Below are positions 39,154 to 50,603 of a DNA stretch of 64,000 bases, piece after piece. Location of the stretch: NCBI GenBank assembly GCA_030704615.1, contig CM060734.1, forward strand, positions 3,100,001 to 3,164,000, read 5' to 3'. The DNA comes from Takakia lepidozioides (lineage: Eukaryota; Plantae; Bryophyta). The notes below the pieces were generated by a model. That model did not search any database, was not told the DNA's origin, and worked only from the letters and a program-made list of their open reading frames with translations. Within the stretch, counting starts at the first letter, position 1, and each line of letters starts with the position of its first letter. Made by a program: the position numbers and the translations under genes.

Positions 39154-39613
39154 CTGGTTTCTACATTGTGTGGGGCTGCATGGTGTGGGTGCCCTCGGTC
39201 TAGACATCACCGGCACTCTACCTTGTCAATCATCCCGTTCACCTTGGCAAAGGGGTACTATTGCCTGACGCCTTTACAATTACTAGATTCTTCATTTTTC
39301 TAGTTACTACATTCATTGTGCACAATTCCCGTGGTTGCTGTTTCTCTCCATTTGCTTGGTTTAATTGCAAGGGTGCCTCTTAAGTCTGATTTCATTGCAT
39401 AATGGGAACCTAAATAGGGTATTCCAGATTATTCGATTTTCTTTCTTGACAGTCTGTTGTCTTGTCTTCTATTGGTGCTCACCTTAGATGGCAGGGATGA
39501 TTCTAGCTGCTGGCTTACTGTGTATCTATGTCAACTATGACTGTGACAATTAGCGACAGCAATTTCGCGAACACCGTGGGAGAATGAAAGTATGGGGGAG
39601 GATCCCCAACAAG
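39154..39613 (+). pseudogene. DWF5: Two inverted DWF5 exons (39154-39254, 39488-39613)
   Basis: AGFYIVWGCMVWVPSV*TSPALYLVNHPVHLG and MAGMILAAGLLCIYVNYDCDN*RQQFR...VWGRIPNK, with AG/GT boundaries on the + strand. TAG at 39201 and 39551. Confidence 0.92.
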
Positions 39614-42087
39614 GTACGCTCTTGCTCGTGTCATTCCTTTCTCAGCACAAGGGGAGGTTGGACACAGCTGAGGGTGGGAGAGGTTGGGCCAGACTGACAG
39701 ATGGACCGAAGACACTAATTACTAGGCTAGGAAGATCTATTTTGTCCTGCTTTGTGCTCAGTCAGTACAAGAGGGAGAGAGAAGATGTGAAAAGTGGGCC
39801 ATGGAGTAGACAAATAACAAAGAGTCAAACCCCACGTGTCACACGAAGGCGTAGTGCCTCATACAGGTAAGCGCCAAAGCGCCGCTCAGCACTTTGGGTC
39901 CTCCTAGCTTAAGTCCTCTGTCAGGGACAAGCAATCTCTGAGAAAGACATTGATGGTTTCCTTCTGAACATCATCCTTCAGGGATAGTCCATGGAGCAGC
40001 AAGGCTCCTGAAGCTGGTGGGAGTTTGAACGTTTGAAACCACCATGGTGTGAAACTCAGCAGAAATTGCCTCCGCACTTGCTCTAACCGACCCAGCTACA
40101 GGGAATGGCTTATCCGTTTAAGGGCTGGTAGTGACATCACACAATGAAAGTATAGTGGTCTCAGCTTCCTGTGGCCATTACAAAGTTCTTACACTGTTGT
40201 GTATTTCTCTCTCTCCGTGCAACACTGTCACACTTACGTAATTGAGACCAGCTAGACGATTTTCCTACAGATGAAATGCAGAAATGTATGTTAGTTGCCA
40301 AGTAAGATTATCATCTAGGTGAGAGAGGTCACGTTCTGCAGTTCCCATGACTACAAATAACCTTCTCTAAGACACTGCACAGTGGGAACTAACCTTTGCA
40401 GCTGCTTACCTTGGTCTGAAATACATAAAGTCACAACATTTGTGCATCTGTAGGAATCCTCCCTCCCTCCATCAATGATCATCTTCTGAAAAGGATAAGA
40501 TCAGTTTAAGACATCAAAGAGGTTGATCTGCTAAACAGCTGCGGTATTAACCATAGGGGAGCTCAAGGATACTCTGTAGCAATGTTACGGTTCGGAATAC
40601 AGCATAGCAGCAAAAATACATAAAGAAATGGACCTGCTTAATGCAGTAGCTGATAACCAGAATTGCCCAACCCATCATGCCGAAGCGACAGTTGGTGAAA
40701 ACTTTTATGTCGAATGTCCCTATTTTTGGGTACAACTCCATACCCTGCCATCCAAAGACAAGACTAACTTTCAAACTTCCAGGAGTTATGGATGTGTTCC
40801 AGATGTTAAGATTGCTTCTAAAGCAAAAACCATAATAACCTGTGCAAAATGTTTCCAGTGATGAAGATGGACCTCACCCAGTAGAAGTCAACAACAATGT
40901 TCCCCGTAGAACCCCAGTCTGATGATGAAGGCGCTGTATGGCCCTGCGAAAAATGAAAACATGGGAACCACTGGATTAATTTGACGTCCAGGAGCTCATC
41001 AAAGGAGGTAATGATAGATTGGTATCCCTGCATCTTAACGAATAACTGGGCTCACTACCAAAATGAGTTAAATCTCAGTAAATGCTTTACTGAAATCCTG
41101 CCGTAGCAGGCACTTCGCAGTTGTCCAGAATGTTTCCATTTCATCAACTACGACAGGTGAATATGCTCACTATCTGTACTAAGATAGTATTGATGAGAAA
41201 GGAAAACATGGAGAAAGCCAGGGAAGAGTTTTGATCAAGGCTAGTGCATCACTGTTAAATAAAACACAGAGTTTGGATACCAAATAATAGTTGCTGTAGA
41301 CTTCCTTGGATTTTAATCAGTTCAAGAGAGCTGTCCATTGACGCAGAGGAAAGGACCAGAACCTCAATAATTGTCACCTTTGTGTATAAAAAAAAGGAAA
41401 GGTCAAGATAAGCCAGAGTGACGTCTCATACCTATTGGTTTTCACTTTCTAGTCTTATCATATTTTGAGAAAAAATTCGAAGGTTTTTAGGTTCTTGTGG
41501 AATTTTATTTCAATTGGCTTAGCCATTTAGGAATTTTTTCCCATAACATATGCTTTGTAACATAGCGGGACACAGGTTCTGCATCCATATCTTTGGTCCC
41601 CTTTGCAGGGTATAAATCCCTTGAGGTACCCTTTGTTTTCAAAAGAACAAGATGAACAGTGGTTTATAATTCGTACTATTTGGGTCCTATCTCTCTACAG
41701 CCATTATATCCAACCCATATTTCCTGGAATTTAAGGATCCCTTTAGACAGACCATCACTGGTAGAAGACAATTACAGAAATCTAACTTACTAAGACATCC
41801 ACTGATATTTCTACATCTGTCAATGAGTATGACATCTTTGAAGTGTACAGAAAAGTTCAGAGTTTCACGAGTACCTAAGACAGATGCACTCCAGAGGAGA
41901 GGTGGCTTACTTTCATATAAAGACAAAGGCAGACGATAAAACTCCCAATGATAAGAGTTGAAAATATCTCGCCTAGGTGGTCATAAACAATTGCCAGGTT
42001 GAAGTATTTTTCCCTGTCCAGTCAAGAAGCAGTGGGCAGAGAGAGATGAAGGGAAGCAACATGAGACCAACTAATTTGCTACCTGCT

Positions 42088-42150
42088 GAGAATGTACTCA
42101 TAAGACTTTGTTTGCCATAGCCTTGCGGCCATAGACCCCGCCTAGTCTGG
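42088..42150. repeat. Dispersed ~65-bp intronic repeat, copy 3 (DWF5 intron)
   Basis: gagaatgtactcataagactttgtttgccatagccttgcggccatagaccccgcctagtctgg. Confidence 0.8.
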
Positions 42151-44283
42151 ACAGAAACATAGGGAACAGAAACTACCTCTGTGAAGGGCTCACTACGGTG
42201 GAGTGACTTACCTTGGTAAAGGCATTTTGGGTTGTCATAGGGAAAGGCACATGCCAGAGATGAGAATCCTAAAGAGGCCCATATGATAAGAGAGAGAGCA
42301 TTTTACATTATTATCACACAGGACAAGGATTTGCATCAAGGATAATAGAGAATGCTAGAAGCACTGATGTGATTGTGTCCAAAAGTTCTTCAGGACTCTT
42401 CCACAAATATAGAGAATCTTAATGTGTATCAATGTATGTACATGAAACCATATGAGGGTCAAAATAGATTGAGGTCCGACTTACTTGTACAGAAAGTAGT
42501 AGACAAAGAGTGTGACCATATAGGATGCAAACCCATTTTTCTGCCATCAAAACCAGAAAAATGTGAGTAATAATATGTTTGATCCAAGTGCATGGGAAGT
42601 CAATAAGAGAGTTTTTCCTTGTCCCATAATCTATGTGCCATGCCAAAGTCACCATAAATTTTCTGATTACCACTGTTGCGACAGCTTAATGGGATCAAAG
42701 TGAGTATCTAGCGAATTTCGAGTCTCCTTGGAAAACAATTGTGTGATAGGCCGAGGTGCTGTAAGTGGTGCCTCCCAACAGGAGGCACTGGCCCCAATGG
42801 ACCCAGCCAGCACTAGATGTTGGGCATGCTCTGGCTGGTACCATTCTTCTTCCTCCAGGTTCCTGGGGCACAATTGTTGCTGACAAATGAAGCATGAACA
42901 GTTGTCTATGACTAAAGAGAAGACTCAAAATGGTCCAGACTCATAGTCCACTATGCAATACTGCTGGGTATGGGATCGAATGATTCTCAGTCCATAGATA
43001 TGAGTCTGCATCGGTCAATAGAGATCAAATACAAGAGACCTTGAGTCTTCTTGACACAAGAGGCTGCAGAAAATCTTCCACCTTCCATACCCTCTAAATG
43101 CAACAATGCCAAGATGCTGACGCTATTGTGTGACTTGCCTTGGGTCTGAGGACGACCTGTGCAAACACCCTAAGTATGCAAAGATATAAATTTTTTACTT
43201 GTCACTGGGAATGCACGGCTAGCTCCTACTATCCTGGGAGTCTGCCAACTTCCCACTCTCTTGGACAAGACCTTTGCTGCTTGATCCAGAATATGTGCAA
43301 GATACATGGACATGCTAAAGGAAGTACTGTCTAATGGATACATCTCTCTCAATTGTTGCATCACTTTGGAAAGTACAATCAGAGGAACACCTACATTTGA
43401 GTAAAGCTTGTGGCACTTTCTTGAGAAACTCTCACAATTACAGACCAGAAGTACATGGGGCACACAGAAAGGAGAAGGAAAGAGTGTAGCTTCTGTTTCC
43501 AACAAGAAGCCCGTAGAGATTATGCAAGAAAGACAAAGGAACAACATGAAAGAGAAGATGTCCAAAGAGAGCTTATTCGGCCTGGACAAGGTTTACAGCT
43601 TGGACCTTGCAGTTAAGAGAGACAGAACAGACACACCTTGTAGACAGGAAGATTCCCAGCAGGAGAAACAGGACCAAAATGTTTGTCACCAGGCAGAAAT
43701 AGTTGCAAAAGTATCTCAAATGCCGCAAACGAAACAATGAGTTTACACGCCAATGGAGTGGGCATGGGCCATATCATGCGAATCCCTATAAACTTATAGT
43801 CCCTGAGGTACTTAAAGATTCTTTCTAACGATCCATCCAAGTGCACCATGGTATACCACCTGGGATGTAGACCAAACATTAGTAAGTAGTGCTCACATTC
43901 TACAAATCCACTGTTGCTGCTCAAATGAACTGGGAAGAGAAAAGCTATTAATGACTATCGTCTCTAATGAGTTATTGGAGTGGGAAGGGGAAAATGAAGG
44001 GATAGATGCTTGGTGAGGGTCTCCTGGTTGCAACAACGAGAATTGCATTGACTGAGCAACAGGACATGTCTGCAGCCACCCCAATGTAGTGGTTGGGGAC
44101 AAGATGAAGGCACAGCCAGCACCCAGAACTGTAATTATGAATGTTTCTGGGACTTCACAATTACAAGAACAACCTATCAGAAGGATACAATCATCAGAAT
44201 CTATCATTCATCTGTCACCTATCATATTCATCAAAATCTGGACAAAGGCAGTGTCCTCCTCTGAAATGAAATGAAGTAAAGAG

Positions 44284-47200
44284 TGTTAGAAGTCAGCTCA
44301 GATTTAGTAAGCTAGGGTTCTGTTAGGGTTTTCTGACGGCTAGGGATAGTTCTACCAGAAGGTTCCAGCCACCAGAAGTTTCTAGAGAACTCATGTAGGA
44401 TTTAAGAGAAAGGCTGAGGCAATGCCCAGCACTTCTTCTAGCATTTTGAATGTGCTATCCTAGTAGATTGCAGAGAGAGGAGGAGGAGAAGTCCAGCATC
44501 TACTTTTGTAAGTTCTTTCTTTTGCAGTAAGGAGCATTCTTGTTAGTACTAACTCTTTGGTTGGTTTAGGCTGTCAGTTTTTGTACTGCTGCTTGTGCTA
44601 GAAGCTATCTGTCAATATCACTAGGAGGTAGAGGACAGGTCTAGTTTCCAACAGGTTATGGGCCCACAAGACGTTACAACTACTTGGACAGTTGAGCCAC
44701 TGGATGGCAACAACTATAAGAGTTGGATCTACACGATGCAGCTCCTGCTCTCTTCAAAGAGCCTATGGTCAATAGTGGCTAAAAAGCCTTCAGAGGATAA
44801 CCTGAAGGAGGAGAGATGGATCCAAAAGAATGAGCTTGCAATGGCAGCTCTAGTCACAAACATGAGATCAAAGCTGGTAGTTTTGGTAAGGAATCTTACA
44901 ACTGCTCATGAGGTCTGGCAGACCTTAAGTGAGGTGTATGAGGCAGATGCGATGGGGAAAGCATATGTCCTATGGAAACAGCTCATGGACTTGAGAATGA
45001 GAGAAGGTGAGAGTGTAGCCATTCACATTGCCACTGTTAAAGCCATGTGTCTCGAGATAATTGATGCGGGAGAACCCATGACTGAATCACTTCAGATCAT
45101 GACCTTGTTTGGCACCTTGCCAAAGAGTTATGACATGGTGGAAACTGCATTGGCTACTCATGGTAAGAGTAGACTGAGTTGGAAGTATGTCACTTCACAA
45201 CTCATCATGGAAGAAAGCAAGCTGACTAGGGGTAGCTCAAGTATGGACAATGCCCTGACGGCTACTTCCATCAAGAAAGATGGAGCATGTTTCCGATGCG
45301 GCAAATTTGGGCATTTCCAGAAGGACTGCAAGGTGAAGATTGACAAGCCCAAGAAGGACAAGTGGAGACCAAGGAAAGGGAAGTCTGTACATGCACATGT
45401 CGCTGACATGGGCAACGACAGTGAAGTTCACCTGTTTATGGCAGATGCAGCTTACAGTCATGATGAAGACTACCTGCTGACTACTGAAGGAGAACACTGT
45501 GGAGATGAGTGGTATTTGGACTTTGGAGCTACTAACCACATGTGTGGGAGGAAGGAGTTGTTTCACAACTTGAAACCCATTCAGCCTACGAGCGTAAAGA
45601 TGGGCAACAAGACGTTTTCTGTAAGTACGATGATGGGAGAAATCCCTGTCAACTTTATCAGAAAAGAGAGTAAGGTTACCCGTTGTACCCTTCAGAAAGT
45701 CCTATATGTGCCAGACTTGGCAAAGAATCTGATCTCTGTTAGTACCTTGGATGAGCTTGGGTATGATGTCATTTTCAGAAACAATGCTTGCAGCATCCAG
45801 AAGGGCAACGAGGAACTCTGCTATGGAGTGAAGGAGCAGAGACTCTACAAGCTTTTGAGTACATCTGGAACTCAGGAGGAGGCCAATGTTGGGGACACAA
45901 TGGACACTGCACCATTGTGGCATAGAAGGTTGGGTCACTTGGGGACACAAGCGATCAAGGATCTTCAAAAGTTGGCGTTGGGATTGAATGTGGACTGGTC
46001 ACATGAGCTACAGTTTTGTGAAGGATGTGCTAAAGGGAAACAGCACAAGTCATCAATGCCCAAGGAATCTGCCACAAGAGCCAAGGAGAGGCTGGAGTTG
46101 ATACACACAGATGTGTGTGGCCCCATGAAGACAACATCACTGGGAGGATCTAGGTACTTTGTCACCTTCACTGATGACATGAGTAGAAAGACTTTCTTAT
46201 ATCCCTTGAGAGAGAAAGGTCAAGTGCTGCAGGTCTTTAAGCAATTTGTGCTAGAAGCTATCTGTCAATATCACTAGGAGGTAGAGGACAGGTCTAGTTT
46301 CCAACAGGTTATGTGCATGAAGTAGAAAACCAGCTGGACCTCAAAGTCAAGGTTCTGAGGAGCGATGGTGGGGGGGAATTCCTAAATCAGGAATTCAAAA
46401 ACTATCTTGCTGAGAAAGGCATAAAGAGCCAAGTAACAGCGAGGGACAGTCCAGCCCAGAATGGAGTGGCAGAGAGATTAAACAGAACACTGGTTGAGAA
46501 GGCTAGATGTATGCTACAGACCTCAGGCCTTGGACCAGAGTTTTGGGGAGAGGCGATCAGCACTGCCACCTATCTGAAAAATTTGAGTCCCACGCGAGCT
46601 TTGAAAGACATGACTCCAGAGGAGGCGTGGAGTGGGAAGAAGCCAAACCTGAAGCATCTAAGAGTTTTTGGTTGTGCTGCTTATGCATTGATACCTGACG
46701 AGCAAAGGAGCAAGTTGGATGCCAAGTCAGAAAGATGTATCTTCATTGGGTATGATCTGGGTTGCAAGGGGTACAAGGTCTACAATCCTAGAACCAAGAG
46801 GTCAATCAGGAGTAGAGATGTCCTGTTTGATGAGGATAATTTTGGGAAGGAGACAAAGCCCAAGGACCTGTCCGTTCCTGTGATAATCCCTGATGTGGGA
46901 GAAAAAGAAAGGGAACAACCAGTACTAAAGGTTTACACTCGAAGAGAGAAGGTGGCGAAGAAACCAGAAGAGGATGAAGATTCTGAAGATCGGGATCCTA
47001 TTGACAAGGATGGGGGCCTAGAAGGTCAGGAAGGATCAGCAACCCCCCAGAAAGGTTTGGAGCTAATGTGGCAGAAGGACTGACTGGTCTGACTATGGAT
47101 GACATAGGGCAGATGGAAAGTTGTTTCCATGCCCTTGATGATGCAGAGGAGCCAGCCACCCTCAATGACGCTTTGGCAAGGGATGATGCCAATGAGTGGG

Positions 47201-49098
47201 AGGGAGCTGTACTAGAGGAGATGAAATCTCTAAAAGAAAACCAGACTGGGGAGCTGGTAACACTGCCTGGTGGTAGAAAGGCGGTAGATTGCAAGTGGGT
47301 TTTCAAAGTGAAAAGAGGACCCAACAATGAGATAGTGAAGTACAAGGCCAGACTTGTGGCCAAAGGTTTCACACAGACTACAGGGCTTGACTACAATGAA
47401 ACTTTTGCCCCGGTGGCAAAGTTCACCTCCATCCGATGTTTACTGGCATTGGCAGCGAAGCATAACTGGGAGATAGAACACATGGACGTGAAGACTGCAT
47501 TCTTGAATGGGGATCTCCAGGAGGAGATCTACATGAAACAACCAGAAGGCTTCCAAGAAGGTGATAAGGTGTGTCGGCTCAAGAAATCGTTATATGGACT
47601 CAAACAGGCATCGAGGACATGGTATGAGAAGATCAATAGCTACTTGACAGGCCAAGGTTTTGTAAGGAGTACAGCTGATCAGAGCATTTACTACATGACA
47701 TCAGGTGTCATGATAATAGCACTCTATGTGGATGACCTGCTACTGAAGAGCGACAACAAGGATACCATGCGCAGGCAGAAGCATGATTTGAGTGAAACCT
47801 TTGAGATGGTTGATCTTGGAGCCGTGAACTACCTACTTGGAATTCAGATTCTGAGGGACAGGAAGGCGAGAACTATAAAGTTGAGCCAAGAGAGGTATGT
47901 CAGGAATGTTGTTGCGAAGTTTGGTATGCAGGACTGCAAACCAGCACCAACACCATTGGAAACCGGCTGCAAGCTGAGTAAGGAAATGGAGCCAAAATCT
48001 CCAAGTGAGATTGAGGAAATGGCTAAGGTTCCATATCAGCAAGCCATGGGATCTCTGATGTATGCAATGATTGGCACCAGGCCAGACATTGCCTATGCAG
48101 TGGGAATGCTTAGTAAGTTCATGCACAACCCAGGACCTCAGCATTGGAAAGCACTCAAGAGGGTGATTAGATATTTGAAAGGGACTGTGGATACATGTCT
48201 AACTTACAACAAGCAGGACACTGGAGCATCACTAGAAGGATACAGTGATGCAGATTGGGCAGGAGACACAGATGAGAGGAGATTCATATCTGCCTACTGC
48301 TTTGTAATGAGTGGAGGTGCTGTGAGCTGGAGCAGCAAAAGACAGCAGACCACTGCTCTATCCTCGACTGAGTCAGAGTATATGGCTCTGACTCATGCAG
48401 CTAAAGAAGCCATTTGGATTCGAAGGCTTCTTGGTGAACTTGGCTTCAGTCAAGAACAGCCAACGAAAGTGCATGCTGATAACAGGAGCAGCATTGAGCT
48501 GAGCAAGAATCCTGTTCATCACGCCCGGACCAAGCACATAGATATCAAACATCATTTCATTAGAGAAATGATTGGTTTGGAGATTGAGTTGGTTTACTGT
48601 AGGACTGAGGACATGGCAGCTGATGCACTCACAAAGGCTCTATCCAAAGAAAAGCATTCTAGATGCATGGAACTGATTGGGTTAAGCCTCAATCCTCGCT
48701 GAGTGGGAGTGTTATAAGTCAGCTCAGATTTAGTTAGCTAGGGTTATGTTAGGGTTTTTTGACGGCTAGGGATAGTTCTACCAGAAGGTTCCAGCCACCA
48801 GAAGTTTCTAGAGAACTCATGTAGGATTTAAGAGAAAGGCTGAGGCAATGCCCAGCACTTCTTCTAGCATTTTGGATGTGCTATCCTAGTAGATTGCAGA
48901 GAGAGGAGGAGGAGAAGTCCAGCATCTACTTTTGTAAGTTCTTTCTTTTGCAGTAAGGAGCATTCTTGTTAGGACTGACACTTCTTGTTAGTACTAACTC
49001 TTTGGTTGGTTTAGGCTGTCAGTTTTTGTACTGCTGCTTGTGCTAGAAGCTATCTGTCAATATCACTAGGAGGTAGAGGACAGGTCTAGTTTCCAACA
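44284..49098 (+). mobile_element. Full-length Ty1/Copia LTR retrotransposon, half-tRNA-iMet primed, with 5-bp TSD AAGAG
   Basis: LTRs 44284-44653 (370 bp) and 48710-49098 (389 bp), TGTT...AACA. TSD AAGAG at 44279-44283 and 49099-49103. PBS GGTTATGGGCCCA at 44654; PPT GAGTGGGAG at 48701-48709. Confidence 0.97.
44658..48702 (+). pseudogene. Copia gag-pol polyprotein, disrupted by a 65-nt insertion (~46247-46311) and a frameshift near 47015
   Basis: Knuckle CFRCGKFGHFQKDC; protease WYLDFGATNHM; integrase WHRRLGH, IHTDVCGP, LRSDGGGEF, QNGVAERLNR; RT YKARLVAKGF, DVKTAFLNG, LYVDDL; RNase H YSDADWAG, RTKHIDIKHHF. Confidence 0.95.
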
Positions 49099-50603
49099 AA
49101 GAGAGACAGGACCTCACTTCAGTTTATCATATCACAGGTTTTGAAATGGTCACCCCTAGAAAATTCATTTGCAGCAACGGAAGTCTGTGCTGAGACTTGT
49201 AATCTGCTTGATAATTCCAGGTGGCACTTATTCAGAAGAGGGGGTAAACAGAAAAGGTCAGGGGTGCAGTATTTCCTTCTTGGTGTAAAGAATGTAAATT
49301 TCAAGAGTCTCTCTCCATATGCATTGCAATAACTTTCCAAAGTTAAAAATTTCAGCGTGCGTTCCATACGGATTGCAGATGTGGGAGACGAAGAGAGGGA
49401 CATCTAGCCTAAACAGCCCGGCGGATGAGTTTTGTGAGGCGGAAAAGCTTGTGGATGCTTAAACAGCGCCTACATTGGCCAATAACAACCCTACAGACAC
49501 CATTGTGTACAGTAAAATTTTATATTTCAATTGCTAGTTAGATCGAGTCCGAGTACGGTAAACGAATCTGCGAATGCTGGATCTTGGCAGACACTTGATT
49601 TTGGTCTCCAGATAACAAGAAGAAACAATGTGGAACCTGAGTGGAAGCGAAGCGACTTACAAGCATATGACAAGAGGAGGACAGATCAGAATTAGGGCTC
49701 CCATGGATGCATAAGTGATTCTTTTCGAATGGACACCGGTGTGCTCGAACTGATATTCTGACATCATCATCATCTCTCTTCTCTTCCGGGACCGGCTGCG
49801 CCTCGTCCTCCCCATGTTTCTTTCCTGTTCTCCCCAATGTATGGAGCAGAATGCGGGGCCAATACAGCTTACTCACTCCGTCGACGCATGTCCCCTTCTT
49901 GCCATCCGTGTTTATGCGGGAGTTTCCCTCCCTTCACGCGGACACAATCACGTGACAAGACACCAAGACATCATAGTCTCTGCCCGTAAAAGCACAACCA
50001 GAGCCAATAATCCGCATGACACAGCCACTTGGAGTCTCATTCGCCATTCTTCTTTCCCTCCAGACGACCGACCCCCGACCCGACCTCTCTGGCAATATAA
50101 CACACATCCATCGGATCACAATTGCATTCCCTCCATCAAGATCAAGCAAGAATCATAACTGCGCATCCTTCCTGCAGCCTCCGTGGCTGCCGCTGTAACA
50201 ATGTGAAGCACGCAATGATGCAGCGCTCTTTGTCTCCCCCGGTACGTTGGGGTTTCATCTTCATGAATCCCTTCGCCATCGCCTTCTTCGGGCTGCTCGA
50301 AATAGCGAATTACAGTTTCTTGCCGGAAAACTGCTGGATCGTTCATGGGACCGGGGCCCTGCCTTCGTTACTATTATTGTTTTATTGTTCACTACCAAAC
50401 CTCGGACCTAACTGTATTCTTATCCCACACCAACGGCTCAGCCGTCACAGTAACTGTGACCGAACATGCACAGCAACAAGAGGCTGCGGGCCCTCTCTGA
50501 TCATGCACACTCTGACTGAATCTCTTACGTTCCTCTTGTCTAATTCTCCTCCCTGTTTTTCTGCCCTGCCTGTTCGTCGACTGAAAATTCAGATCTCACT
50601 CCC

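Larger units (their letters stand above)
35359..43859 (-). pseudogene. DWF5: DWF5 / sterol delta-7 (7-dehydrocholesterol) reductase pseudogene with an internal inversion
   Basis: Minus-strand exons: 43859-43637 (WYTMVHLDGS...GNLPVYK), 42540-42485, 42013-41911 (IVYDHLGEIFS), 40943-40878, 40744-40634 (GMELYPKIG...TNCRFGMM), 38512-38449 (1 nt short), 38198-38117 (WALARHFHY), 35987-35905, 35425-35359 (YGKYW...F*). Two exons are on the plus strand with premature TAG. The FFWWE/MDIAHDR exon and the first exon were not found. Confidence 0.92.

Noticed and set aside
39940-40095. Weak resemblance to the missing DWF5 exon (DGFLLNIILQ...WWE)
   Set aside because: Wrong spacing, stops, no MDIAHDR, and wrong order relative to the inverted exons; likely chance.
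49119-49403. Candidate DWF5 first exon beyond the Copia
   Set aside because: No convincing match to the expected ..SLL..CPPFVILL peptide, although a GTGAG donor exists at ~49117.
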